Assembly (NCBI GenBank): GCA_036732755.1
Contig: DAINBU010000006.1
Coordinates: forward strand, 26,688 to 86,768
DNA length: 60,081 nucleotides
From: Planctomycetota bacterium
Lineage (GTDB): Bacteria > Planctomycetota > B15-G4 > SIAN01
Reading direction: 5' to 3'
Both the position numbers and the translations under genes were made by a program. Shown here one piece after another: positions 9,760-17,049 of this stretch; positions within the stretch are counted from its first letter, which is position 1; each line of letters starts with the position of its first letter. The notes below the pieces were generated by a model, which saw only the letters and a list, made by a program, of their open reading frames with translations, did not search any database and was not told the DNA's origin.

Positions 9760-9936
9760 TCAGTAGGCGCTGCCGCCTCCGCTGAACGACGTGCAGTTGG
9801 CGGTCCCGCAGTTGTTCGTCCCCTTGCCGCCCTTCTTCGGGGCGATCCGCTCCTCGAGCTTCTCGATGCGGAAGCGCTTCGGCTTCACGACGTCGTCGGA
9901 CTTCGGCGCCGGGACACGGACGTTCTTCGCGGACAT
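9760..9936 (-). CDS. Lanthipeptide precursor peptide 2 (58 aa; absent from the ORF track because it is under 60 aa)
   Basis: I translated it by hand from the minus strand: MSAKNVRVPAPKSDDVVKPKRFRIEKLEERIAPKKGGKG-TNNCGTANCTSFSGGGSAY. The ATG is the reverse complement of 9934-9936 and the TGA is the reverse complement of 9760-9762. It shares the leader and RBS with copies 1 and 3. Confidence 0.75.
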   Translation of the reverse strand: MSAKNVRVPAPKSDDVVKPKRFRIEKLEERIAPKKGGKGTNNCGTANCTSFSGGGSAY

Positions 9937-10051
9937 GTCAGTTCTCCCTTCGGGTTTCGGGCAGCGACTCGCCAGGGGAGACGCAACCGCCCCGTCCGAT
10001 CGAACGGCGACGCGCCGCCGCGGGGCCGCGCCCCCGCGGCCGACCGCGGCG

Positions 10052-11119
10052 TCAGTGCGCGAGCTCCCGCGCCGACCGGAGCCACCCGGCCCACGCCGAA
10101 TGGGGCACGGCGAGCCACGGCAGGAAGCCGTTCGCCTCGTCGTGGGCGGCGAGCTCGGTCGCGGCGCGGCAGCTGAGCCCGGCGACGAAGCCGGTGTAGA
10201 GCGCCTGCAGGACGCCCGAGAGCGGGAAGATCGCGTTGCCGCACGCCCAGATCCCCGCGACGCTCGTGCGCCCCCATGCGTCGGTCACGACGTAGCCGTC
10301 GCGGCAGCGGATCTTCGTCCCGCGCACGAGACGCGCCGCGTTCTGCGGGCGGAGCTTGTAGGTGTTGTAATCGAAGACGACGGCGGCGTAGTCGGCGTGC
10401 ACGCCCGCCTCGCCCGAGTTCCAGCGCGAGCGCGCCAGCGCCTGCGTGGAGCGGCGCAGCGCCGCGGCGTGCGAGCCGTCGCCCGCGCCGAGCCGGCGGT
10501 CGAGCGCGCCCGCGCTCCCGTTCCCGCCGTCGTCGAGCGCCGTCTCGATCGCGAGCGCGCGCGTCGCGGCGCGGAAGCGCTCCGCGGTCGCCTCGACCGC
10601 CGGATGGCAGCCGGCGATCAGCAGCCGCTTGCGATGCAGCGTCCCGTCCGCAGCCAGTTGCTCGGCACGTTGAATGAACGCCTGCTGGCCCGGCAGCGTC
10701 TCCGCCATGAAGATCGCGTTGCGGAAGCGCAGGAAGCGCAGGTGGGAGAAGATGCCGCAGGCGACGACCACCGCCGGCGCGCGGAACGTCCCGCCCGCCG
10801 TGTCGACCGCGAAGCGGCCGCGCTCGCGGCGGATGCGCGTGGCGGCGACGCCGGAGCGCACCTCGACCGGCAGGTCGCGCAGCTGGTCGAGCAGCATCAC
10901 CTTGAGCTGCCCGCCCTTGATGATCCAGCCGTTGGTGAGGGTGAGCGTCCCGTACGCGGCGATCCCGCCGGGCCGCACGTGCTCCTCGAGGACGAGCACG
11001 CGGCCGAACCGGCTCGGCGGCGTCGACCACCACGGCGTCCCCTGCGACGCGGTGAGCGCGGCCATGAGGCCCGACGGCCCCGCCCCGATCACGATCACGT
11101 CGTGGCTCGACTCGCCCAT
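10052..11119 (-). CDS. FAD/NAD(P)-binding pyridine-nucleotide-disulfide oxidoreductase (thioredoxin-reductase-like flavoprotein)
   Basis: The internal start MGESSHDVIVIGAGPSGL gives an N-terminal GxGxxG dinucleotide fold. A second flavin motif is GIWACGNAIF. It starts 12 nt after the kinase stop and lies directly upstream of precursor 2 on the same strand. Confidence 0.65.
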   Translation of the reverse strand: MGESSHDVIVIGAGPSGLMAALTASQGTPWWSTPPSRFGRVLVLEEHVRPGGIAAYGTLTLTNGWIIKGGQLKVMLLDQLRDLPVEVRSGVAATRIRRERGRFAVDTAGGTFRAPAVVVACGIFSHLRFLRFRNAIFMAETLPGQQAFIQRAEQLAADGTLHRKRLLIAGCHPAVEATAERFRAATRALAIETALDDGGNGSAGALDRRLGAGDGSHAAALRRSTQALARSRWNSGEAGVHADYAAVVFDYNTYKLRPQNAARLVRGTKIRCRDGYVVTDAWGRTSVAGIWACGNAIFPLSGVLQALYTGFVAGLSCRAATELAAHDEANGFLPWLAVPHSAWAGWLRSARELAH

Positions 11120-11130
11120 CGGGGGCGCCC

Positions 11131-14100
11131 TCACTTCGGCGGGATCGCTTTCTCGACGTCGACCCACAGCTTCTTCCACGCCTCACGCTCGCCCGCGGGC
11201 AGCGCGGCGACCTCGTCGCGGACGCTCTTGAAGTCGGCGTCCTCCTTCCAATCCGCGAGCTTGTCCACCTTGCCGGCCGCCAGGCGCGCCGCGAGGTCGG
11301 CGCGCAGCCACTGCAGCGCGCGCCCACGCCACGCGGCGGCGTCCGGCGCCCCGCTCGCCGCGGCCAGGACGGCGGTGCACGCGGCGTTGTAGCGGTGCGA
11401 GCGGTCGAGGTCGTTCGCGAGCGACGCGTCGCTCGCGAGCGCCTTCTCGAAGAAGCGCGCCGCTTCGAGGAAGCGCTGCTTCCCGTAGAGGATGAGCGCG
11501 TACTCGAGGCGCTCCCCTTCATTGCCCGGCGCCGCCGCGCCTTTCACCACGTCCTCGAGGCGATCCTCGAACGCGATCTGCTTCTCGACCGTCGCGATCC
11601 TCTCGGCCGATTTCGCCCTCCAGCCCGGTTGCCTCGACCCGAGCTCGTGCCCCGTCTTCAGGTAGGGCAGCGCCTCGCGGTAGCGCTTCTGCATGTGGTA
11701 GAGCTGCCCGAGCAGGTAGTGCGCCTCCGCCATGCCGGGCTCGGCGTCGATCGCCGCTTTGCAGTGCGCCTCGCATTCCGCGTCGTTCTTCCCGTCGCCG
11801 TAGAGCGTCATGGCGAGGTTGCAGTGCGCGGGTGCGTTGCCCGGGTCGATCCGGATCGCGTCGTGATAGGCGGCGAGCACTTGCGCGAGTTCCTTCTTCT
11901 CGTCGAGCGCGCTGCCGAGCGAGTTGTAGGCGAGCGCCAGGGTGGTCGCGTCGTGCCTCTGCCGATCGTCGCGCTGCTCCACGACGACCGGCACCCGGTC
12001 CCGCAGGAGATCGATTGCGATGTGGAACTCCGCGATGCCGCGGGCGGGCTCGCCCTTGTGGCAGAAGGTGATGCCGAGGTTCAAGTGCGCCTCGGGCTTG
12101 TCAGGCTCGAGGTCGAGCGCCTTGGTCAGCGCCGTGATCGCGGCGTCGGTCCGTCTCGCGTCGTTGTTCGCGCGGCCGAGCTCGGTCCACGCGTCGGCGT
12201 AGTCGTCGCGGACCCGGACCGCCGCCTCGTACGCCTCGATCTCCCGGGCGCGGTCGCCCTTCATCACGTAGGCGCGTGCCTTCATGCGGAGCGCCTCGGC
12301 GAAGTCGGGTTTCACCGCCACCGCCGCGTCGAACGCCGCGATCGCGCGGTCCGGATCGCGCAGCGCAAGGAATGACGCGCCGATCTCGTAGTGCGAGTTG
12401 GCGAACTGGGGGTCGATCTTCAGCGCCTCCTGGAACGACGCGATCGCCTCGCGGTGCTTTCTCAACTTGGCGAGCACCTGGCCGAGGGAGTGGCGCCCCC
12501 GGGCGTAGTTCGGCTTGATCCGGATCACTTCCAGGTAGGCGTCGTGCGCCCCTGCGTAGTCGCCTTTGTCGCGCAGCGCGTTCCCGAGCCCGCCCCACAG
12601 GTCGGCGTCGTCCCGCCCGAATTCGAGCGCCGCGCGGCTCGTCTTGATCGCCTCGTCGAGCTCGCCGTGATCGGCGAGCGCGGAGGCGAGGTTGATGTAG
12701 GCGTGCTGGAAGCCGGGCTCGAGCTCGATCGCATGCTCGTACTCGCGGATCGCGTTCTCCCACTCCTTCATCGCGGTGTAGACGCAACCGAGGTTGAAGC
12801 GGGCGCGCGCGCTCTTCGGGGCGAGGCGGATCCCCTCGTTCGCCGCCGCCAGCGACTCCTCGAGCTTGCCCTGGAGCGCCAGCGCGATGGCGAGGTTGCC
12901 GTGCGCCTGGGTGAGCGTCGCCTCGAGCTCGATCGCCTTGCGGTACGCCGCGATCGCGTCGTCGAGGCGCCCCGCCTCCCTCAGCGCGAGGCCGCGGTTC
13001 ACGTGCGCACGCGCCGCGCCGGGATCGAGCTCGACGCCGCGGTCGTGCGATCGCACCGCCTCGCCGATCCGGCCGAGCGACACGAAGATCATCCCGCGCG
13101 CCGTCCAGGCCCACGCGTAGCTCGGGTCGACGGCGATGGCGCGCTCGTAGGCCACGAGCGCCTCCTCGAGCTTGCCCATCCCCGCCAGCACGTCGCCCTT
13201 CCCGCAGAAGCAGTTGGGGAGGTCGGGGTCGAGCTGGCACGCCGTCTCGTACTCGGCCAGCGCGTCCTGCGCCTTGCCCATGTCGGCGAGGACGTTCGCG
13301 CGATAGGTGTGGAAGGGGGCGCTCTTCCCGTCGAGCTCGAGCGCGCGGTCGTGCGCGACGAGCGCTGCGTCGAGGCGGCCGACGTCCTTCAGGACGCAGC
13401 CGCGGAAGGAGTACGCCTCCGCGAGGTCGGGCTTGGCCGTGCACGCGGCCTCGATCGCCGCGAGCGCGTCGTCGTACTTCTGCTCGTGCCAGAGCATGTG
13501 GCCGCGCTGCATGTGCGCCCAGGCGTCGGACGCCGCCCGAGCGATCCGGCCGTCGAGCAGCGCGATCGCGTCGTCGTAACGCTGCAGCGCGTGCAGGATC
13601 GTCACGCGCGTGCCGATCGACGCGGCGTCGTCGAAGTTGCGCTCGTGGAAGCGCAGCGCCGCCTCGAGCAGGCGCCGGCGCGCCGGCCGCGGGGGCGCGA
13701 GGTCGGCCATGCCGGAGATGCCGATCTCGACCAGGAACTTGTCGACCGCGGAGCGCGCGAGGAGGAGGTTGTCCTTGGCGCGGTCGAGCGCGGCCTGCGT
13801 CTGGCGCTGCTCCTTCCCGACGCGGAAGAGGTCGACGGCGAGCGCGACCAGCCCGAGCAGCAGCACGACGAAGGCGGCGGTCACGAAGCCCTTGTGGCGC
13901 CGGACCCACTTCGACGCGCGCGCCGCGACGGACGGCCGGCGCGCCAGGATCGGCTGGTCCTTGAGGTAGCGGCCGAGGTCCTCCGCCATCTCGAGCGCGG
14001 TCGAGTAGCGCGAGGAGGGGTCCTTCGACATCGCCTTCAGGACGATCGTCTCGAGGTCGACGGGGAGCGCGTCGTTCCACCGGCGCGGCGCGACCGGCTC

Positions 14101-15048
14101 CTTCTCCGCGATGTCGCGCATCACGGCCTGCGGGTCGTCGCCGGGGAAGGCGTGCTCGAGGGTCAGGAGCTCGTAGAGCGTCACGCCGAGCGAGTAGACG
14201 TCGGTGCGGTGGTCCATCGGCGCCCGCTTCGCGAGCGTCTGCTCCGGGCTCATGTAGCGGTACGTGCCGAGCAGCTCGCCCGTGACCGTGAGGTCGCCGT
14301 CGCGGAGCGTGCGCGCGAGCCCGAAGTCGGTGATCCAGAGCTCGCCCAGCGAATCGACCAGCAGGTTGCCCGGCTTCACGTCGCGGTGGACGACGCCGAG
14401 CTGGTGGGCGTGGTCGAGCGCCTCGGCGGCCTGCATGCCGAGCGCGACGGCCATCCGCACGTAGCCGGGGTCGCGGTTGGAGCCGTGCGACGTGGCCGGC
14501 GTCTTCGGCTCGGTGGCCGGCGCGCGCCCCTTCATTTCGCGGATCACGGCGGCGAGGCTCTGCCCCTCGACGAGCTGCATGGCGTAGTAGTGCACGCCGC
14601 GCTCGCAGCCGACCGCGAAGACCGGGACGATGTGGGGATGGTGGAGGTGCGCCGCGGCGAGCGCCTCGTTCTTGAAGCGCTGCAGCTGCTTGGGGTCGAG
14701 CACGGCCGCGAATGGCAGCACCTTGAGCGCGACGCGCCGCCCGAGCGAGACCTGCTCCGCCTCGTAGACGACTGCCATGCCGCCGCGGCCGACCTCGCGC
14801 ACCAGCCGGAAGTCGCCGAGGAGCTGGCGCTCGGCGAGCTCGCCCCCCTCCTTCGGAGCGTGCGGCATCTCGCGCGTCGCCCGGTGGATGAACTCGAGCC
14901 CGTCGAGGGCGGCGGCGAGCTCGGCGGCGCACTGCGGATGCTGCGCGAGCAGCTCTTCGCGCGGCGGCGCGCCACCCTGCTCGAGCGCGCGCAGGTAGGC
15001 GTCGAGGATCGCGCCGACGTTGCCGGCGCCCGTGGCGGTATCGCTCAT
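11131..15048 (-). CDS. Ser/Thr protein kinase with a long TPR-repeat C-terminal region (1305 aa)
   Basis: The real start is MSDTATGAGNVGAILDAY at 15048; the upstream 500 aa of the 1823-aa ORF is shadow. Hanks kinase motifs are present: GRGGMAVVYEA..ALKVL, HRDVKPGNLLVD, DFGLART, YMSPEQ. A TM segment (FVTAAFVVLLLGLVALAV) is followed by about 20 TPR repeats. The start overlaps the ECF sigma stop by ATGA. Confidence 0.8.
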   Translation of the reverse strand: MSDTATGAGNVGAILDAYLRALEQGGAPPREELLAQHPQCAAELAAALDGLEFIHRATREMPHAPKEGGELAERQLLGDFRLVREVGRGGMAVVYEAEQVSLGRRVALKVLPFAAVLDPKQLQRFKNEALAAAHLHHPHIVPVFAVGCERGVHYYAMQLVEGQSLAAVIREMKGRAPATEPKTPATSHGSNRDPGYVRMAVALGMQAAEALDHAHQLGVVHRDVKPGNLLVDSLGELWITDFGLARTLRDGDLTVTGELLGTYRYMSPEQTLAKRAPMDHRTDVYSLGVTLYELLTLEHAFPGDDPQAVMRDIAEKEPVAPRRWNDALPVDLETIVLKAMSKDPSSRYSTALEMAEDLGRYLKDQPILARRPSVAARASKWVRRHKGFVTAAFVVLLLGLVALAVDLFRVGKEQRQTQAALDRAKDNLLLARSAVDKFLVEIGISGMADLAPPRPARRRLLEAALRFHERNFDDAASIGTRVTILHALQRYDDAIALLDGRIARAASDAWAHMQRGHMLWHEQKYDDALAAIEAACTAKPDLAEAYSFRGCVLKDVGRLDAALVAHDRALELDGKSAPFHTYRANVLADMGKAQDALAEYETACQLDPDLPNCFCGKGDVLAGMGKLEEALVAYERAIAVDPSYAWAWTARGMIFVSLGRIGEAVRSHDRGVELDPGAARAHVNRGLALREAGRLDDAIAAYRKAIELEATLTQAHGNLAIALALQGKLEESLAAANEGIRLAPKSARARFNLGCVYTAMKEWENAIREYEHAIELEPGFQHAYINLASALADHGELDEAIKTSRAALEFGRDDADLWGGLGNALRDKGDYAGAHDAYLEVIRIKPNYARGRHSLGQVLAKLRKHREAIASFQEALKIDPQFANSHYEIGASFLALRDPDRAIAAFDAAVAVKPDFAEALRMKARAYVMKGDRAREIEAYEAAVRVRDDYADAWTELGRANNDARRTDAAITALTKALDLEPDKPEAHLNLGITFCHKGEPARGIAEFHIAIDLLRDRVPVVVEQRDDRQRHDATTLALAYNSLGSALDEKKELAQVLAAYHDAIRIDPGNAPAHCNLAMTLYGDGKNDAECEAHCKAAIDAEPGMAEAHYLLGQLYHMQKRYREALPYLKTGHELGSRQPGWRAKSAERIATVEKQIAFEDRLEDVVKGAAAPGNEGERLEYALILYGKQRFLEAARFFEKALASDASLANDLDRSHRYNAACTAVLAAASGAPDAAAWRGRALQWLRADLAARLAAGKVDKLADWKEDADFKSVRDEVAALPAGEREAWKKLWVDVEKAIPPK

Positions 15049-15695
15049 GGCATCCGCTCCTTCAGGATCCTGCCGACGCGCACGAGCGCCCGCGTCCACA
15101 GCATGCGCGCCGCGTCCGGCGAGCGGCCGGTGAGCGCCGCGATCTCCTTCCACTCGAGCTCGCGCAGGTTGCGGAGCACCAGCACCTCGCGGTCCTCGGG
15201 AGCGAGGTCGGCGAGCGCATCGGCGAGGATCACGCCGCGCTCGCGCCGCTGGGCCGACTGGCTCGGCGACCGTCCCTGCGCCTCCACCAGCTCGCGCAGC
15301 ATCTGCGACGAGCGATCGGCCTGCGACTCGAGCGACCGCTCGCGCTCGACGCGGCGCCCCTGCAGCGAGTAGCGCCGCCGCAGGTCGGCGAGGTTGTTCA
15401 CGAGGATCTGCCGGATCCACGTGATCCACTCCTGCTCGGTCGTGCCGCGGAACTTCGGGAAGTTCTGGTGCGCCTTGAGCAGCGTCTCCTGCACCAGGTC
15501 GGAGGCGTCGGCCTTGCCCTGGACGTTCCGATCGAGGCTCGTGACGGCGATGAGCCGCAGGTAGTTGCGGTACGCCTTGAGCAGTTCGCCGAGCGCCTCG
15601 GAACCGCCCGCGCGCGCGCGCCGGATGCACTCGGAGACGCTCGCCGACGAGTCGTCGATCACGGCCGATCCGTCCGGGCGTCGGGATCGTGGCAT
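15045..15695 (-). CDS. ECF (sigma-70 family, group IV) RNA polymerase sigma factor
   Basis: The internal start MPRSRRPDG lies at 15695. Region 2 (SDLVQETLLKAHQNFPKFRG) and region 4 (ILADALADLAPEDREVLVLRNLRELEWKEIAALTG) are recognisable. The stop is ATGA-coupled to the kinase gene. Confidence 0.7.
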   Translation of the reverse strand: MPRSRRPDGSAVIDDSSASVSECIRRARAGGSEALGELLKAYRNYLRLIAVTSLDRNVQGKADASDLVQETLLKAHQNFPKFRGTTEQEWITWIRQILVNNLADLRRRYSLQGRRVERERSLESQADRSSQMLRELVEAQGRSPSQSAQRRERGVILADALADLAPEDREVLVLRNLRELEWKEIAALTGRSPDAARMLWTRALVRVGRILKERMP

Positions 15696-15840
15696 GAGGA
15701 TCGGAGCATAGTCCGGCGCCGCCCCCGCGTCGGGGGTCGGTCGGTCCGCGTCGGCGGCGGCTCGCTCGTCCACATGGGAGAAGGACGATTCCGCCGCGGG
15801 CGATCGAACGTTCCGCGACGCGAACAAAAGGCGGCGTTCG

Positions 15841-16794
15841 ATGCGCCGGCGCGATGGCGTCCTTCTGCCACGACCCGGAGGCGGAACTCCGGGCGTCCGG
15901 GGGGTGACCTTGCAAGCGGACGTCGTCGCGCGGACGAAGCTGCCCCGCCTCGCCGACCGGCTCGCGCTCGGGAGCGGCGGGCTGCGCGTCAGCCCCTGCT
16001 GCGTCGGGATGGTCGAGGACCCGGCGACGATCGCGGCCGCCTTCGACCTCGGCGTGAACTTCTTCTTCGTCAGCTCCGACATGCACTGGCCGCTCTACGA
16101 GGCGGCGCGGCGCGGCCTCGAGCGGCTCCTCGCGCGCGGCGGCGCCGTCCGCGACGAGATCGTCGTCGCCGGCGTCTGCTACCCGACGCAGCCCGAGTTC
16201 TGCAGCTTCCCGTTCCGCGAGCTGGTCGACGCGGTGCCGGGGCTGGGGCGGCTCGACGTGCTGCTCGCGGGCGGCGCCTACGGCTCCGAGGTGGGCACGC
16301 GGCTCCCCGTCTACGAGCGCCATCGCGAGGAGCGCTTCCTCGGCAACCGCGCGATCGGCGTCACCTTCCACGACCGTGTGGCGGCGGCGACGGCGCTGCA
16401 GCGCGGCGGGCTCGACATCGCCTTCGTCCGCTACAACGCCGACCACGCCGGCGCGCGCGACGACCTCTTCCCGCACGTGCCCGAGCGGCCGCGGCCGCTC
16501 CTCTTCAACTTCAAGAGCACGTCGGGCTTCGTGCCGCCCGTCCGCATGGCGGAGATCGGACTCGTCGCGCCCGACTACTGGCAGCCGGAGGTCACCGACC
16601 ACTACCGGTTCGCCTTCACGCGCCCGCAGCTCGACGGCCTGCTCGTCTCGCCGCGCACGCCGCGCGAGGTCGAGGGGATCGCCGCGGCGCTCGCGCGCGG
16701 CCCGCTGACCGACGAGGAGGAGACCTACCTGATCGACGTCGCCGCGGTGGCCCGCGGCGCTGCCCGAGTCCGACCCGAAGGAGAAACGACATGA
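15841..16794 (+). CDS. Oxidoreductase-like protein (possible aldo/keto-reductase-like TIM barrel), translationally coupled to precursor 3
   Basis: A 317-aa ORF divergent from the ECF sigma gene. The alternative GTG at 15906 is also possible. The family assignment is weak (LGSGGLRVSPCCVGMV, FFFVSSDMHWPLYE). Its stop overlaps the precursor-3 ATG (ATGA at 16791-16794). Confidence 0.4.
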   Translation: MRRRDGVLLPRPGGGTPGVRGVTLQADVVARTKLPRLADRLALGSGGLRVSPCCVGMVEDPATIAAAFDLGVNFFFVSSDMHWPLYEAARRGLERLLARGGAVRDEIVVAGVCYPTQPEFCSFPFRELVDAVPGLGRLDVLLAGGAYGSEVGTRLPVYERHREERFLGNRAIGVTFHDRVAAATALQRGGLDIAFVRYNADHAGARDDLFPHVPERPRPLLFNFKSTSGFVPPVRMAEIGLVAPDYWQPEVTDHYRFAFTRPQLDGLLVSPRTPREVEGIAAALARGPLTDEEETYLIDVAAVARGAARVRPEGETT

Positions 16795-16982
16795 GCTCGA
16801 AGAACGTCCGTCCCGAGACGAACCGCAAGCCCGATCCCGACGCCGCGACGCCGCGCAAGCGCTTCCGCATCGAGAAGCTCGAGGAGCGCATCGCCCCCAA
16901 GAAGGGCGGCAAGGGGACGAACAACTGCAGTGGCAGCGCCGGAACCAGCAGCGGCACCTTCAGCTGCGGCTCCATCTACTAG
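16791..16982 (+). CDS. Lanthipeptide precursor peptide 3 (63 aa)
   Basis: Sequence: MSSKNVRPETNRKPDPDAATPRKRFRIEKLEERIAPKKGGKG-TNNCSGSAGTSSGTFSCGSIY. The RBS is GAAGGAGAAACGAC-ATG. It shares the leader, the GG box and the C-terminal Tyr with copies 1 and 2. It lies immediately upstream of lanB. Confidence 0.75.
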   Translation: MSSKNVRPETNRKPDPDAATPRKRFRIEKLEERIAPKKGGKGTNNCSGSAGTSSGTFSCGSIY

Positions 16983-17049
16983 GCCGGAACGGTCGTCGAG
17001 ACATTTCGATGACCCGGGGGCGAAGGCGCCTGAGGGAGGAGAGAGAGTC

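Larger units (their letters stand above)
9320..10000. repeat. Tandem segmental duplication (period about 353 bp) carrying the precursor gene, its 5'UTR and the first roughly 80 bp of lanC
   Basis: Segment 9681-9760 aligns base-for-base with 9320-9399 (the lanC start region), with the ATG changed to AAG (GTTCAT versus GTTCTT). Segments 9407-9650 and 9760-10000 are paralogous, covering the precursor ORF plus a conserved UTR (GACATGTC-GTTCTCCCTTCGGGTTTCGGGCAGCGACTCG). Confidence 0.7.

Noticed and set aside
9791-11522. 533-aa plus and 545-aa minus ORFs
   Set aside because: Both overlap the flavoprotein gene and the precursor region in wrong frames. They are Arg/Ala-rich with no motifs. The 5' end of the plus ORF is simply the antisense of precursor 2.
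12101-15372. 943-aa minus and 993-aa plus ORFs
   Set aside because: They are alternative frames of the kinase/TPR gene. The kinase frame has Hanks motifs and TPRs; these frames have only low-complexity Arg/Ala/Gly.
15468-16982. 504-aa plus ORF
   Set aside because: Only its final 63 codons, precursor 3, are meaningful. The rest is Arg/Ala-rich and overlaps the oxidoreductase-like gene in another frame.
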